The notes under the pieces were generated by a model. It did no database searches and was not told the origin of the DNA. It was given only the letters and a program-made list of their open reading frames with translations. Position numbers and translations under genes: made by a program. Shown in pieces: positions 53,406-63,098 of a DNA stretch of 64,000 nucleotides. Positions within the stretch are counted from its first letter, which is position 1; each line of letters begins with the position of its first letter. The stretch comes from a virus (Duplodnaviria > Heunggongvirae > Uroviricota > Caudoviricetes), in the IMG/VR virus record IMGVR_UViG_3300010347_002503, positions 1 to 64,000 of that record; one strand, 5' to 3'.

Positions 53406-53708
53406 ATGCCAACACTACAAATCGCAACTGAAAATAAGCGTCCATCGCTGACACAAAACATCGAGGCTCTTTATGCTACATTTCACGCTGGCGGGGCGTT
53501 TGACGCCAAGGCCGATATTGTTTCCGATGGAACTCGAAATGAAAGAGTCACCAGTTTAAATTCTCGTCATAACACTCCAAAGGGATTCAAAACCAAGATG
53601 CGTGAACAACAAACAGAACTGTTCATGGCAATGGATTCAAAGACAGTAACTACTTCATTAAGAACCAGTATTTACGGCGATCATTCCAGTAAAAAATACG
53701 CTGGATAA
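53406..53708 (+). CDS. hypothetical protein
   Basis: 100-aa ORF. Confidence 0.4.
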   Translation: MPTLQIATENKRPSLTQNIEALYATFHAGGAFDAKADIVSDGTRNERVTSLNSRHNTPKGFKTKMREQQTELFMAMDSKTVTTSLRTSIYGDHSSKKYAG

Positions 53709-53725
53709 CCATCTTCAAATGAGTT

Positions 53726-54220
53726 ATGGTTTTAGGACTTGATGCCAGTACCACTGTTTGTGGTTGGGCTTTGTCCAATAGTAATAGTATTGAACGTGCT
53801 GGTTTTATAGACATTTCCAATCTGGAAACCAACAAAGAAAAAGCTCATTATATTCTCGAAGTCATTTCACCCTATCTTCATAATGTCAAAGAAATCAAGT
53901 TAGAAGCCGCTTTGAGCGGTTTTATGAGGGGTCGAACTTCCCAACAGGTGGTTATCAAGCTTGCAAGGTTTAATGCGGTCCTAGAATATGTTTTAAATGA
54001 AAAAACGGGAATTCCGGTAACTCTGGTTAATGCCGCCACGGCCCGAAAGAAAGTTCTAGGAAAGGCTTTTATAAAAGGCATGACGGCCAAGGAATACGTT
54101 CGTCAGGAACTCCCTAAAATACATCCAGAGATTCGTCAATTCGAAAAATTAAACAAAAAGGGCCAATGGAACGTAAAAAATAGTGATATGTATGATGCAG
54201 TAGTAATAAGCTGTTTTTAA
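53726..54220 (+). CDS. RuvC-like Holliday junction resolvase
   Basis: N-terminus MVLGLDASTTVCGWAL, compared with RuvC ILGIDPGSRVTGYGV; size typical of phage RuvC/A22-like resolvases. Confidence 0.65.
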   Translation: MVLGLDASTTVCGWALSNSNSIERAGFIDISNLETNKEKAHYILEVISPYLHNVKEIKLEAALSGFMRGRTSQQVVIKLARFNAVLEYVLNEKTGIPVTLVNAATARKKVLGKAFIKGMTAKEYVRQELPKIHPEIRQFEKLNKKGQWNVKNSDMYDAVVISCF

Positions 54221-54236
54221 TGAACTCTACTACAAT

Positions 54237-54413
54237 ATGAATACCGAAGTTTTTATCACTTGTGACCGCTGCGGTAAAACCGTTCACGGTGTCATTATTG
54301 AAGAAGAGGGATTACCTAAAATTACAGGTGGGTTTTATGATGTAACACCTCCTAGTTATTGGGGAATGTTTGCGTTTCAAGGTGAACAAACAGTTTGTGA
54401 TGCGTGCATGTGA
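54237..54413 (+). CDS. Zn-ribbon mini-protein (58 aa)
   Basis: TCDRCGK...VCDACM; below the ORF-track cutoff. Confidence 0.4.
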   Translation: MNTEVFITCDRCGKTVHGVIIEEEGLPKITGGFYDVTPPSYWGMFAFQGEQTVCDACM

Positions 54414-54428
54414 GCCAATCCCGAATTT

Positions 54429-54683
54429 TTGAAACTTTATCCCGTCGAAAGAAAAATCCCAAAAGGAGAAATTACGTCGCCTATGACCGTTTCTCCAGAG
54501 TATCTCGAACAAATAAAAGCTCAACGAAAACAAGAACGGGCCAAAAGTGGGCGGGAAAGAAAACTTGTCGAAATGGAACGTTTGGGAATTGATAAACTAG
54601 AAAAGCCAGAGAAACCAGAGAAACCAGAAAAGCCAGATAAACCGGATAAACCGGATAAACTAGATAAACCGGATAAGAAATGA
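54429..54683 (+). CDS. protein with PEK/PDK tripeptide tandem repeats
   Basis: KPEKPEKPEKPDKPDKPDKLDKPDKK, encoded by 9-bp DNA repeats at 54603-54677. Confidence 0.45.
   Translation: MKLYPVERKIPKGEITSPMTVSPEYLEQIKAQRKQERAKSGRERKLVEMERLGIDKLEKPEKPEKPEKPDKPDKPDKLDKPDKK
54603..54677 (+). repeat. eight tandem 9-bp repeats (AARCCRGAW), in-frame coding
   Basis: aagccagag aaaccagag aaaccagaa aagccagat aaaccggat aaaccggat aaactagat aaaccggat. Confidence 0.7.
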
Positions 54684-54988
54684 AAGCAGGTTACCTTTAC
54701 ATCATTACAAACGCCGCTTTTCCCGGTTGGGTTAAAGTAGGCACCACTTGGAATCTCACTGAACGTTTACACACTTATCAAACGGGTGATCCATTTCGTG
54801 GGTACAAACTCCAATATTCCCTCCACCATCCTTCATTCCGTGAAGCGGAGAAGAAAATCAAAGAAGCCATGAAACACTTCGCATTAGAAATCCGTGGGGA
54901 GTGGTTTCGAGTGGATCTTAACATAGCAAAAAGCCGTCTCGACGAAGCACTTGAATCATATAATAATGGCGAGTGGACGGAAGTATAA
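54680..54988 (+). CDS. T5orf172/GIY-YIG-superfamily domain protein
   Basis: N-terminus GYLYIITNAAFPGWVKVGTT matches the T5orf172 (MUG113) domain. Confidence 0.6.
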   Translation: MKAGYLYIITNAAFPGWVKVGTTWNLTERLHTYQTGDPFRGYKLQYSLHHPSFREAEKKIKEAMKHFALEIRGEWFRVDLNIAKSRLDEALESYNNGEWTEV

Positions 54989-55372
54989 AAAGTTGACTGG
55001 TTTTCTGTTTCTGTTATAGTTATACACAAAAAATAAAAATATCTTCGCTTTCAAACAAAACGTTTGGAGGCAATTACATGAATGGATTGTTTCTATACCC
55101 CAAAGTTTAATGAACCACCTACTTGCTAAAGTAGGTAGATTTTCCGGTTAGGATTTTTAAAAGTATCACAGCTATTAAATTATTTAAGAAATACCCAAAG
55201 TTAAAATCTTTTTATGGTAGATGTGGTTCTCTTTGGTCAGTAGGTAAATTTATATCCACTGTTGGCAATGTTTCTGCCGAAACAATCAAAAAATATATTG
55301 CTGACCAAAAAGGGACGTAAGATATGTTAATACAACGAGGATATAAAATTAGCTAATTTAATTTGTGAAAAA

Positions 55373-55864
55373 TTGGCTTTATTTAAAAGCAAAATATATC
55401 ACAATAAAGGGAACAATGCTTTTTATGTAAGTACTCCTGTTCACCATATTTTTACAAATATGTATGATTCGTGGTATATTGAAAAAGAGAAAATTTCCAT
55501 TCCAATTGATTGCAACCTTACAAAAACACATTTGCTTTATCTCTATATTGGAGATGGGAATTTAGCGAAAAACACAAAGAACACCTATAAAATTCATCTT
55601 TCGACAAACTGTTTTGATGATGATAGTCTAAATAAAATTGTGAGTAAATTAAAAACATTCCTTCCATTTCCAAACAGTATAAAAATATATAGCAGAAGAG
55701 ATGGTAAAGTGATAGTGATTTTAAAAAATAAAAATGTTTTATCGTTTTTAAATTATATTGGTGAATGCCCAGTTAAGGATTTAAGTATCTCTAAAAAATG
55801 GGCTTGTGGAGATGGTTCAATAGAACTGTCGTTGAAGCAAGAAAAAGAATGCTTAGTAAACTAA
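55373..55864 (+). CDS. LAGLIDADG-type homing endonuclease (single-motif), in an AT-rich insertion
   Basis: LLYLYIGDGNL LAGLIDADG-like motif; the locus has much lower GC than its flanks. Confidence 0.45.
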   Translation: MALFKSKIYHNKGNNAFYVSTPVHHIFTNMYDSWYIEKEKISIPIDCNLTKTHLLYLYIGDGNLAKNTKNTYKIHLSTNCFDDDSLNKIVSKLKTFLPFPNSIKIYSRRDGKVIVILKNKNVLSFLNYIGECPVKDLSISKKWACGDGSIELSLKQEKECLVN

Positions 55865-55967
55865 GCAGAAGCCACAGGGCTTGCCCTGTGGAGTGTCACT
55901 AACAAAACGTTCAATCCTTCGGATATAATATTTTGACTTCTAACCCAATTTCTGTCATCATCTTCGT

Positions 55968-56924
55968 ATGATTCTTCAAAGTAAGCTGCTTGCCCTTGTT
56001 AACGAAGTGCTGTCACAGAATGCCAAACTCCGAAAGGGAGGGTCACAAGCTACGTACTTTTGTCCCTTCTGTAATCACTATAAACGAAAACTTGAAGTCA
56101 ATTTGGATTATGGTCAGTGGCATTGTTGGGTTTGTCACGCAAAGGGTTCATATTTAGGGAGTTTATTCACTAAAGTCAAAGCTCCACGACACTTTAGAGA
56201 CCGGCTCTTTGAATTAACGAAGGATGTTCGGCTTCAACGTAAATTGAAGCCAAGGAGGGGAGAAGAAGAAGAGCTTAAACTTCCAGATGATTTCATTTCA
56301 TTAGCAGTCCCCCCCAAACACGATGTTCATTTCACTGAGCACCATCAAGAATATCGCCGTGCGATGGCTTACTTAAAAAATCGTGGAATCACAATGGAGG
56401 ATATATGTAGGTACAATATCGGTTATTGCGAATCGGGTGAATACCGAGATTGTATTGTTATTCCTTCGTATGATGATGAAGGAAAATTAAACTATTTTTC
56501 ATGTCGTTCTTATTATTCTTCCACATGGTCGAAGTATAAGAATGCTCCCGGTTCGAAAAACATTGTTGGTTTTGAAAGTTTTGTTAATTATAATGAGCCC
56601 GTTACATTGGTTGAGGGTGTTTTTGATGCTATTGCCGTTAGGAACAATGCGGTTCCCCTGTTCGGGACGATGCCCTCGTTGCGTCTCAAAGAACAACTCG
56701 TTCTCCACAAAACTAAAAGAGTGAATCTAGTTTTGGACAATGATGCATTAAGAGAGGCAATCAAAATCGCTCAAGATTTGTGGCAATGGGGAATCACTGT
56801 CCATCTAGTAAAGTTACCAGAAAAAGACCCCTCGGATGTAGGTTTTTATGTGGTACACGATTTGATTGAACGTTCGAAACCATTTGAATACGCCGATTTG
56901 ATTTACTCCAAACTAATGGAATAG
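55968..56924 (+). CDS. DNA primase (Zn-ribbon plus Toprim; gp61/DnaG-like)
   Basis: CPFCNH...CWVCH zinc ribbon; Toprim TLVEGVFDAIAV and VLDNDALRE. Confidence 0.8.
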   Translation: MILQSKLLALVNEVLSQNAKLRKGGSQATYFCPFCNHYKRKLEVNLDYGQWHCWVCHAKGSYLGSLFTKVKAPRHFRDRLFELTKDVRLQRKLKPRRGEEEELKLPDDFISLAVPPKHDVHFTEHHQEYRRAMAYLKNRGITMEDICRYNIGYCESGEYRDCIVIPSYDDEGKLNYFSCRSYYSSTWSKYKNAPGSKNIVGFESFVNYNEPVTLVEGVFDAIAVRNNAVPLFGTMPSLRLKEQLVLHKTKRVNLVLDNDALREAIKIAQDLWQWGITVHLVKLPEKDPSDVGFYVVHDLIERSKPFEYADLIYSKLME

Positions 56925-57008
56925 CATGATTACGATCAGAGAAACGTTAACCATCATTCAAATGGTAGGTATTGGTTTCGCATTCCTCTCGATTATTTTA
57001 CTTAGCTT

Positions 57009-60000
57009 ATGATATTTGAAAAACTAACATCTACCGTTTCGGATTTTACCCACATCATTCATATCGCCGACATTCACATTCGGTTGACAAAGCGTCATCA
57101 GGAATACCGAGAGGTTTTTCAGAGACTTTATAATGACGTTGCAGCGTCTCCACCAACAACAATTATTTGTGTTCTTGGCGATGTCTGTCATAGCAAATCA
57201 GATCTGAGCCCAGAATGCGTCCAGATGGTATCTGATTTTCTTTGGAATCTGGCCAATTTACGTGAAACGATTTTGATTCCCGGCAACCATGACGCTACGC
57301 TTTCAAACAAAACTCGTCTGGATAGTTTATCCCCAATTGTAGATGCACTAGCTCATCCGAAACTTCATTATTTGAAAGAAAGCAAGTTATATGGAATAGG
57401 AAATATCCTGTTCAATAACATGTGTATATTCGACCCACCCGAAAAATACATTCATGGGCAAAACATTCCAGAAGTCTATCGAAATACGTACAAACACGTC
57501 ATTGCACTGTTTCACGGCCCCGTCGATAGATCTGTAACGGACACTGGGTTTGCTATCTCAAATCCAGAGATTATGCCTCCATTATTCGATTGGCACCATA
57601 TTGCTCTTCTGGGAGATATACATCGCCGTCAAAATATACAAGAAGCAGTACCGGAAGAACATAAACCCTGTGTTCACTACCCCGGTTCTTTAATTCAACA
57701 AAACCACGGTGAACCACTTCATCCCCATGGTTATACATTATGGGATTTATCAACATATGATTACAAGTACGTGGAGGTTCCCAATGACTATGGATACTTT
57801 ACAATTGAGTTAAACGGTGCCAAAATTTTGACCGACCTTTCCGATTTACCGAAAAAAACATATCTTCGTGTTAAGTGCATGGACTCCATCGCCACGGAAA
57901 TAAAAGGAGCCGAAGCACTGGTAGGTGGTCTGACCGAAATTCATGAAATTGCTCGTTTACGTATCGAATCCGAGGCCGATAAAAAAGCCAAGGAAGCTTT
58001 GGTCTGTAAGGATGTAAAACTTTCCCAGATTGCCGACATTGATTATCAGGCCAAACTCATCACTGAGTTCCTTCAAACAAAATGTAGTCTGCTCGACCAA
58101 ACGAAAATTGACAAAATTTTGCTTATAAACCGGGATGTTAATACCGAGATTAAGCAAGATGAGTTTTCTCGAAATTTACGATGGAAACCCATTCGTTTTG
58201 AATTTGACAACATGTTTGCTTATGGTGAGGGAAATGTAATCGACTTCACACAAATGCAAGGCGTCTATGGTATTTTCGGACCAAATACTTGCGGTAAATC
58301 GAGTATTTTCTCTGCCATGTGTTTTTGTTTATTCGACAAATGGGATCGTGGTTTCAAAGCTATAGTTGCCCGAAACGTTGCTAAGCAAACGTTTCGATGT
58401 AAATTCGAATTTGAAATAAGCGGTATCCGTTATTTCATTGAGAAAAAAGGCGAAACCACCAAAACCGGAAACGTAAAGGTGGATGTCAATTTCTGGCGAG
58501 TCGTCAATGGAGTAAATGAAGACCTAACCGACCAACAAAGACGCAAAACCAATGATGTTATTCGTGAGTATATTGGAACGTTTGAGGATTTCATTCTCAC
58601 AACTCTTTCTATCCAAAATACAACAAAGAATAATATCAGCTTTATTGACATGGGCAATACCGAAAGAAAGGATTTGCTTGTACAAATCATGGGCCTGAAT
58701 ATATTTGATCGGCTATATGAAAAAGCATATGAAAAGAGCAAGGAGTTAACCACAAAACTCAAACCCCACAAAGATAAGAATTACATAAAAGATTTGGATG
58801 CCGCCGAGACCAATTTGGCGTATGCAGAGTCATCCATCAAAGATTGTCAAGCGGCGATGGATGATTTATCCAGACAGATCAAACAGGTCAATGACAATAT
58901 CGTTGAAGAGACCACCAAGCTTATTAAGTTGGACGGTGACATTCCTACCGACCTCTCGACTTTAGAGAAAAAACGAACCATTACAAAGGCGGCAATTGAA
59001 AAATTGATGTCTCAACTTGAAAAAGACAAAACCGAACTTGCGTTGAGAAAAACCAAGATGGAACGCTTGGCCGAGGAACTTTCCGAAATCATCGCCGAGG
59101 ATCTAGTCAAAGCTCACAATACCTATAATGATTATAGGAAAAAACTGGAGTTGGCTCGTCAAACATTGGAACTCAAACGAACTTTGGTAAAACATTTGTC
59201 GGCTAAACTTGAACAACTTCGGAAGAAATATAGTTATGATCCCAACTGTAAATTTTGCGTTGATAATCTTGCCGAAAAGAACGCCGACGCATCTAAGACT
59301 GAAAAAGACCTTCATTCTGAAACCGAAGCAATGAATGCCTCTGAGGTTTCTGTTAAAGAACTCACAACAAAATTAGAAGAATGGGCATGGGTTGACGTGG
59401 CATACCAAAACTATACCAAGCTTCTAAACGATCACAGCAAAGCCAAAGACGAATTTACCACTTTGAATACAAAGGTTTTGGTAAATGAAAAAGAAGCCGA
59501 AAAACTGACTCAAGCTCTCTTAGAAGTCGAAAAGAAAATCGAATTGTATCACCGAAATCAGGTAGCGTTAGACAATAATCAGAAGGTCAACATGACCATT
59601 TTGAGTTACAAAAATGCTCTGAGCAAACTAGAAGGAAACTACAATGTTCAAAACAAGAGGTTATTACAACTCATAGGAGAGCGTGAAGTTTTCAAGAAAC
59701 AAATAGCCGACATTAATGCCACTATTTTGGACCTTATTGAAACCGAAGAAACCCGAGAACTTTATGAATACTACTGCAAAGCAGTTGGTCGCAATGGTAT
59801 TCCATATCAGGTTATTATAAACACCATTCCTGAAATCACCAAAGAAATCAATTCCATTCTTACCCAGACTTCGGAGTTTACGGTAGAAATTGAAACAGAC
59901 GAGAAAAACCTAATGCCTTATGTAAACTACGAAACGAAGGGTCGCTGGCCAATCGAAATGACCAGTGGATTTGAACGATTTGTTGTTTCTATTGCCATTC

Positions 60001-60236
60001 GGGTTGCATTAAACAATATTACCAATCTCCCTCGTACAAACATGCTATTAATTGACGAAGGTTGGGGTGCGATGGATAAAGAAAATAAAGCCAATGTTCC
60101 TATGCTTTTGGCGGCATTGAAACATCACTATGACTTCGTTATTCTGATATCCCACTTGGATGAACTTAGGGACTTTGTTGATAGTCAGATAGAAATAACA
60201 AAGGTAGGGGTTTTTTCTAAAGTAGTCTTCGAGTAA
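57009..60236 (+). CDS. fused Mre11-Rad50 (SbcD-SbcC) recombination nuclease/ATPase
   Basis: N-terminal phosphoesterase motifs IIHIADIHI, GDVCH and GNHD; Walker A GPNTCGKSSIF; coiled-coil with a CKFC zinc hook; D-loop LLIDEGWGAMD. Confidence 0.8.
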   Translation: MIFEKLTSTVSDFTHIIHIADIHIRLTKRHQEYREVFQRLYNDVAASPPTTIICVLGDVCHSKSDLSPECVQMVSDFLWNLANLRETILIPGNHDATLSNKTRLDSLSPIVDALAHPKLHYLKESKLYGIGNILFNNMCIFDPPEKYIHGQNIPEVYRNTYKHVIALFHGPVDRSVTDTGFAISNPEIMPPLFDWHHIALLGDIHRRQNIQEAVPEEHKPCVHYPGSLIQQNHGEPLHPHGYTLWDLSTYDYKYVEVPNDYGYFTIELNGAKILTDLSDLPKKTYLRVKCMDSIATEIKGAEALVGGLTEIHEIARLRIESEADKKAKEALVCKDVKLSQIADIDYQAKLITEFLQTKCSLLDQTKIDKILLINRDVNTEIKQDEFSRNLRWKPIRFEFDNMFAYGEGNVIDFTQMQGVYGIFGPNTCGKSSIFSAMCFCLFDKWDRGFKAIVARNVAKQTFRCKFEFEISGIRYFIEKKGETTKTGNVKVDVNFWRVVNGVNEDLTDQQRRKTNDVIREYIGTFEDFILTTLSIQNTTKNNISFIDMGNTERKDLLVQIMGLNIFDRLYEKAYEKSKELTTKLKPHKDKNYIKDLDAAETNLAYAESSIKDCQAAMDDLSRQIKQVNDNIVEETTKLIKLDGDIPTDLSTLEKKRTITKAAIEKLMSQLEKDKTELALRKTKMERLAEELSEIIAEDLVKAHNTYNDYRKKLELARQTLELKRTLVKHLSAKLEQLRKKYSYDPNCKFCVDNLAEKNADASKTEKDLHSETEAMNASEVSVKELTTKLEEWAWVDVAYQNYTKLLNDHSKAKDEFTTLNTKVLVNEKEAEKLTQALLEVEKKIELYHRNQVALDNNQKVNMTILSYKNALSKLEGNYNVQNKRLLQLIGEREVFKKQIADINATILDLIETEETRELYEYYCKAVGRNGIPYQVIINTIPEITKEINSILTQTSEFTVEIETDEKNLMPYVNYETKGRWPIEMTSGFERFVVSIAIRVALNNITNLPRTNMLLIDEGWGAMDKENKANVPMLLAALKHHYDFVILISHLDELRDFVDSQIEITKVGVFSKVVFE

Positions 60237-60262
60237 AATTACCAGCCATGCTATTTATAGGC

Positions 60263-63040
60263 ATGGCTTTATTATCATCATTTGGAAAAGAAGGCGTAAA
60301 ATTAGGTCTTCTTACTCGCAAAGTTGACATCGAAGATACTTCCACGACCTCGAAGTACTTTGCCGTTACCGAATTCCCCAAAATCCTCACAGCGGGGAAA
60401 AACTCATTTGCCTTTAACGGTTCTCAATTTCTTAAAGACAAATCGGAGATACAAGTTGAATGTCTAGATTCCAACAACAATTCTCTCTATCTTGAACAGG
60501 CAAAATCCCAAGAAAGTCAGTTCACCGATGCATCGAAATTCGTAGTTTCCATTCATGTTTACGATGAAACCTACAACGGTCCAGCGAAAATTATCTTGGT
60601 TGGAACTACCACAAAGGGGGAAATAGTTCGATGGATTGGAACGGTGACTATTGACAAAACACTTAACAACAATTCCAAAGTTAGGTTTGTAAATCGTCCA
60701 TCGTTAGAAGTTCGTCCTCTTCTTTATCCCGTCGTCTCACTTACTCGTGCGGCTGTAGATTACCCCCCGCCACCAGTTATTTCCCAAGCGGCTGGATATG
60801 CCGTCATCCGGAGTTATGTTAAATCGGTTACTTTGACTGGTGTAGGTGCTGGCTATACTAGCGTTAAAGTCACTGTCGATAACACTGGTACCGGAGGAAG
60901 TGGATGTCAATTAGAAGCAACGATTGCACCAGACGGTTCTATTGAATCGGTGACGGTTGTTAATGGAGGTTCTGGATATAAGAAGGCACCAAAAATAAGC
61001 ATTGGAGGAACATACACAACAAAAGCTTCGGCAATAGCCGTCCTCAAAAGCGAAGTTGTTGATGTGGTTATCACAAAACCCGGTTCTGGTTATACATTCG
61101 TTCCAGAAGTTGTATTTACTCCAGTAGGAGGTCATGGATCAGGAGCGTCGGCAACGGCTATAGTCCAAAATGGAAAGGTTATCGACGTAACGATAGATCA
61201 ACCAGATGGTGGAGGCGATGGATATACAGAAGTTCCAGCCGTATCATTTACTGTTCCAAATGCGCCGCCACCGCCTGATATGAATGTTTGGGTATCGTTC
61301 TCGGCAAGTTTTTCTTCTTATGGAGCAACCCCACCAACGGATACCAACAAGAATACTATAAACCCCAAACAAACCGATATTGACTATAGATTGGTCATTA
61401 CAAGTTCTGCATTTTCTCCATTAACTCCGGCAGATCTTGGCTCTATGACATTTCCATACAAGGTTTTCAACACCCAAATGGAAGGTCATCCAATAACTCT
61501 TCATATTACAAAAATAAAAAAACCGTATTCCAGAGAAAACATTTCGGTTAATATCACTTCATCGTTCACAATCAAAAAAGTCCTGAATAGTACTACCATA
61601 CAACTCAACGACCCATTCTATTACACCATAGGAAAAAATCAGTTCGTCGCAAATATTATTGAAGGAAGATGTTTTGCTCCATATCGGTTTATCTTATATA
61701 ATACGGCACCCGACTCAAGTCAATTTTATCAAGTTTCTCCGTCAGTAGCTCTTCCTGTAAAAGACTCCTACGCAGAAGTCATTTATAGAAACATCAAATG
61801 TTTTACTGGATTCGTAGCACGCCACAAAATCTACCGAAAAAGCTCATATTTTCCCGGCGATTTCCAGTTGGTTTCTGATGAACTTTTAACCCCTCCGGAA
61901 TTACTTTCGGATCAAGTTACATTCAATAAGTTCTATGACCGACTAGGAGTATTTTACAATCAACCCCACGTTAATAAATATTGGTTTTCCGAAACTCCCA
62001 ATTTTAAGCTTTATCATTCTACCAATCCAATAAACTCAATGCGGGTTCAAATGGACTCGTTCACATATGCCGATGGAACAAAAGGAATAATAGTTAAAAA
62101 TGATACTTTAGGTGGAGTCAATGATTCGATATACAGAGCATACAATGCTTCGGAATACGCTCGGCTTTCGGGTTCATCTTATAATTCAAACTTTATTAGC
62201 CTCAAAAAAGATGTCTTGTACGTTTTGGGGACCAACATCTCCTTAGAGAAAAACGCTTCGGAGACGGATGCAAAAGTGTCGTTTTACTTTACTAGTTCCA
62301 TTCCAAGCATTAAAAACGAAAAAACTTACGATGCCACTCTAAAAAAGTTGAAACTGGGAGAAATATCGACAAAAGATAAGGTTTCCATAAAGTATTTCAA
62401 CGACAGACAATACATCTACTTTACTCCTCAAGATGACTATTACGGAACTTTGGTGATAGTTCCTTACAAATGTTCTCCGACGCTTTCGGATATATCGCTG
62501 AAAGTGTATGCCGATTACGGGTTCTCTGGAGATTGTCAAGAGATCAGAATTCCTTTTGACGTAAAGACCGCAAACGAAGCATTTGATATTAGGTCAGAAC
62601 TCTTAGATTTGAATTCTGTGATTGTGTATTCAGAGCTCCGAACTGTTCAATCTTTTGACCCCGGTGGGGAAAGTTTAGTTGGAAAAACAAACACAAGTAA
62701 TATCAATACCAATATAACAATTGTCCAAGGGAACAATGGGGGAGGCGGGTCTGTTACCGTGACTGGAGAACCATATTTTCCAGATTTGACTCTATGTGAC
62801 ACAACAACTCGTTTCGTAGGATGGCACGCCACCACGGGGGATTCAACGACAGACGGAAAACTATGTTATACAAATGTTGCCCGACTTTTCGTAAGTTCTA
62901 GTGAATATATTCAACTTCATGAATACCAAGCTGGAGTGGAAGTAGTTGGGAAAGCCATTGCCGTGCAATATGACTTAGAAAACGGAATGGGTAGAAAAAT
63001 TTTCATCGATGCCTTCGGCACAAAAGAAATCTATCCATAA
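60263..63040 (+). CDS. structural protein with repeated GSGY..P.V Ig-like modules
   Basis: Start moved to the ATG directly after CTATTTATAG (long ORF from 60248); repeats VNGGSGYKKAPKISIGG, KPGSGYTFVPEVVF and GGDGYTEVPAVSF. Confidence 0.5.
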   Translation: MALLSSFGKEGVKLGLLTRKVDIEDTSTTSKYFAVTEFPKILTAGKNSFAFNGSQFLKDKSEIQVECLDSNNNSLYLEQAKSQESQFTDASKFVVSIHVYDETYNGPAKIILVGTTTKGEIVRWIGTVTIDKTLNNNSKVRFVNRPSLEVRPLLYPVVSLTRAAVDYPPPPVISQAAGYAVIRSYVKSVTLTGVGAGYTSVKVTVDNTGTGGSGCQLEATIAPDGSIESVTVVNGGSGYKKAPKISIGGTYTTKASAIAVLKSEVVDVVITKPGSGYTFVPEVVFTPVGGHGSGASATAIVQNGKVIDVTIDQPDGGGDGYTEVPAVSFTVPNAPPPPDMNVWVSFSASFSSYGATPPTDTNKNTINPKQTDIDYRLVITSSAFSPLTPADLGSMTFPYKVFNTQMEGHPITLHITKIKKPYSRENISVNITSSFTIKKVLNSTTIQLNDPFYYTIGKNQFVANIIEGRCFAPYRFILYNTAPDSSQFYQVSPSVALPVKDSYAEVIYRNIKCFTGFVARHKIYRKSSYFPGDFQLVSDELLTPPELLSDQVTFNKFYDRLGVFYNQPHVNKYWFSETPNFKLYHSTNPINSMRVQMDSFTYADGTKGIIVKNDTLGGVNDSIYRAYNASEYARLSGSSYNSNFISLKKDVLYVLGTNISLEKNASETDAKVSFYFTSSIPSIKNEKTYDATLKKLKLGEISTKDKVSIKYFNDRQYIYFTPQDDYYGTLVIVPYKCSPTLSDISLKVYADYGFSGDCQEIRIPFDVKTANEAFDIRSELLDLNSVIVYSELRTVQSFDPGGESLVGKTNTSNINTNITIVQGNNGGGGSVTVTGEPYFPDLTLCDTTTRFVGWHATTGDSTTDGKLCYTNVARLFVSSSEYIQLHEYQAGVEVVGKAIAVQYDLENGMGRKIFIDAFGTKEIYP

Positions 63041-63098
63041 CTTTTTATAAAGTTTTTCTAGATTCATACGTAGATACTTATGAATAGAAGTTATTATT

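Noticed and set aside
54603-54677. Possible CRISPR-like short repeat array.
   Set aside because: The units are 9 bp, contiguous without spacers, in-frame and encode a PEK/PDK peptide repeat. This is a coding tandem repeat, not a CRISPR array.
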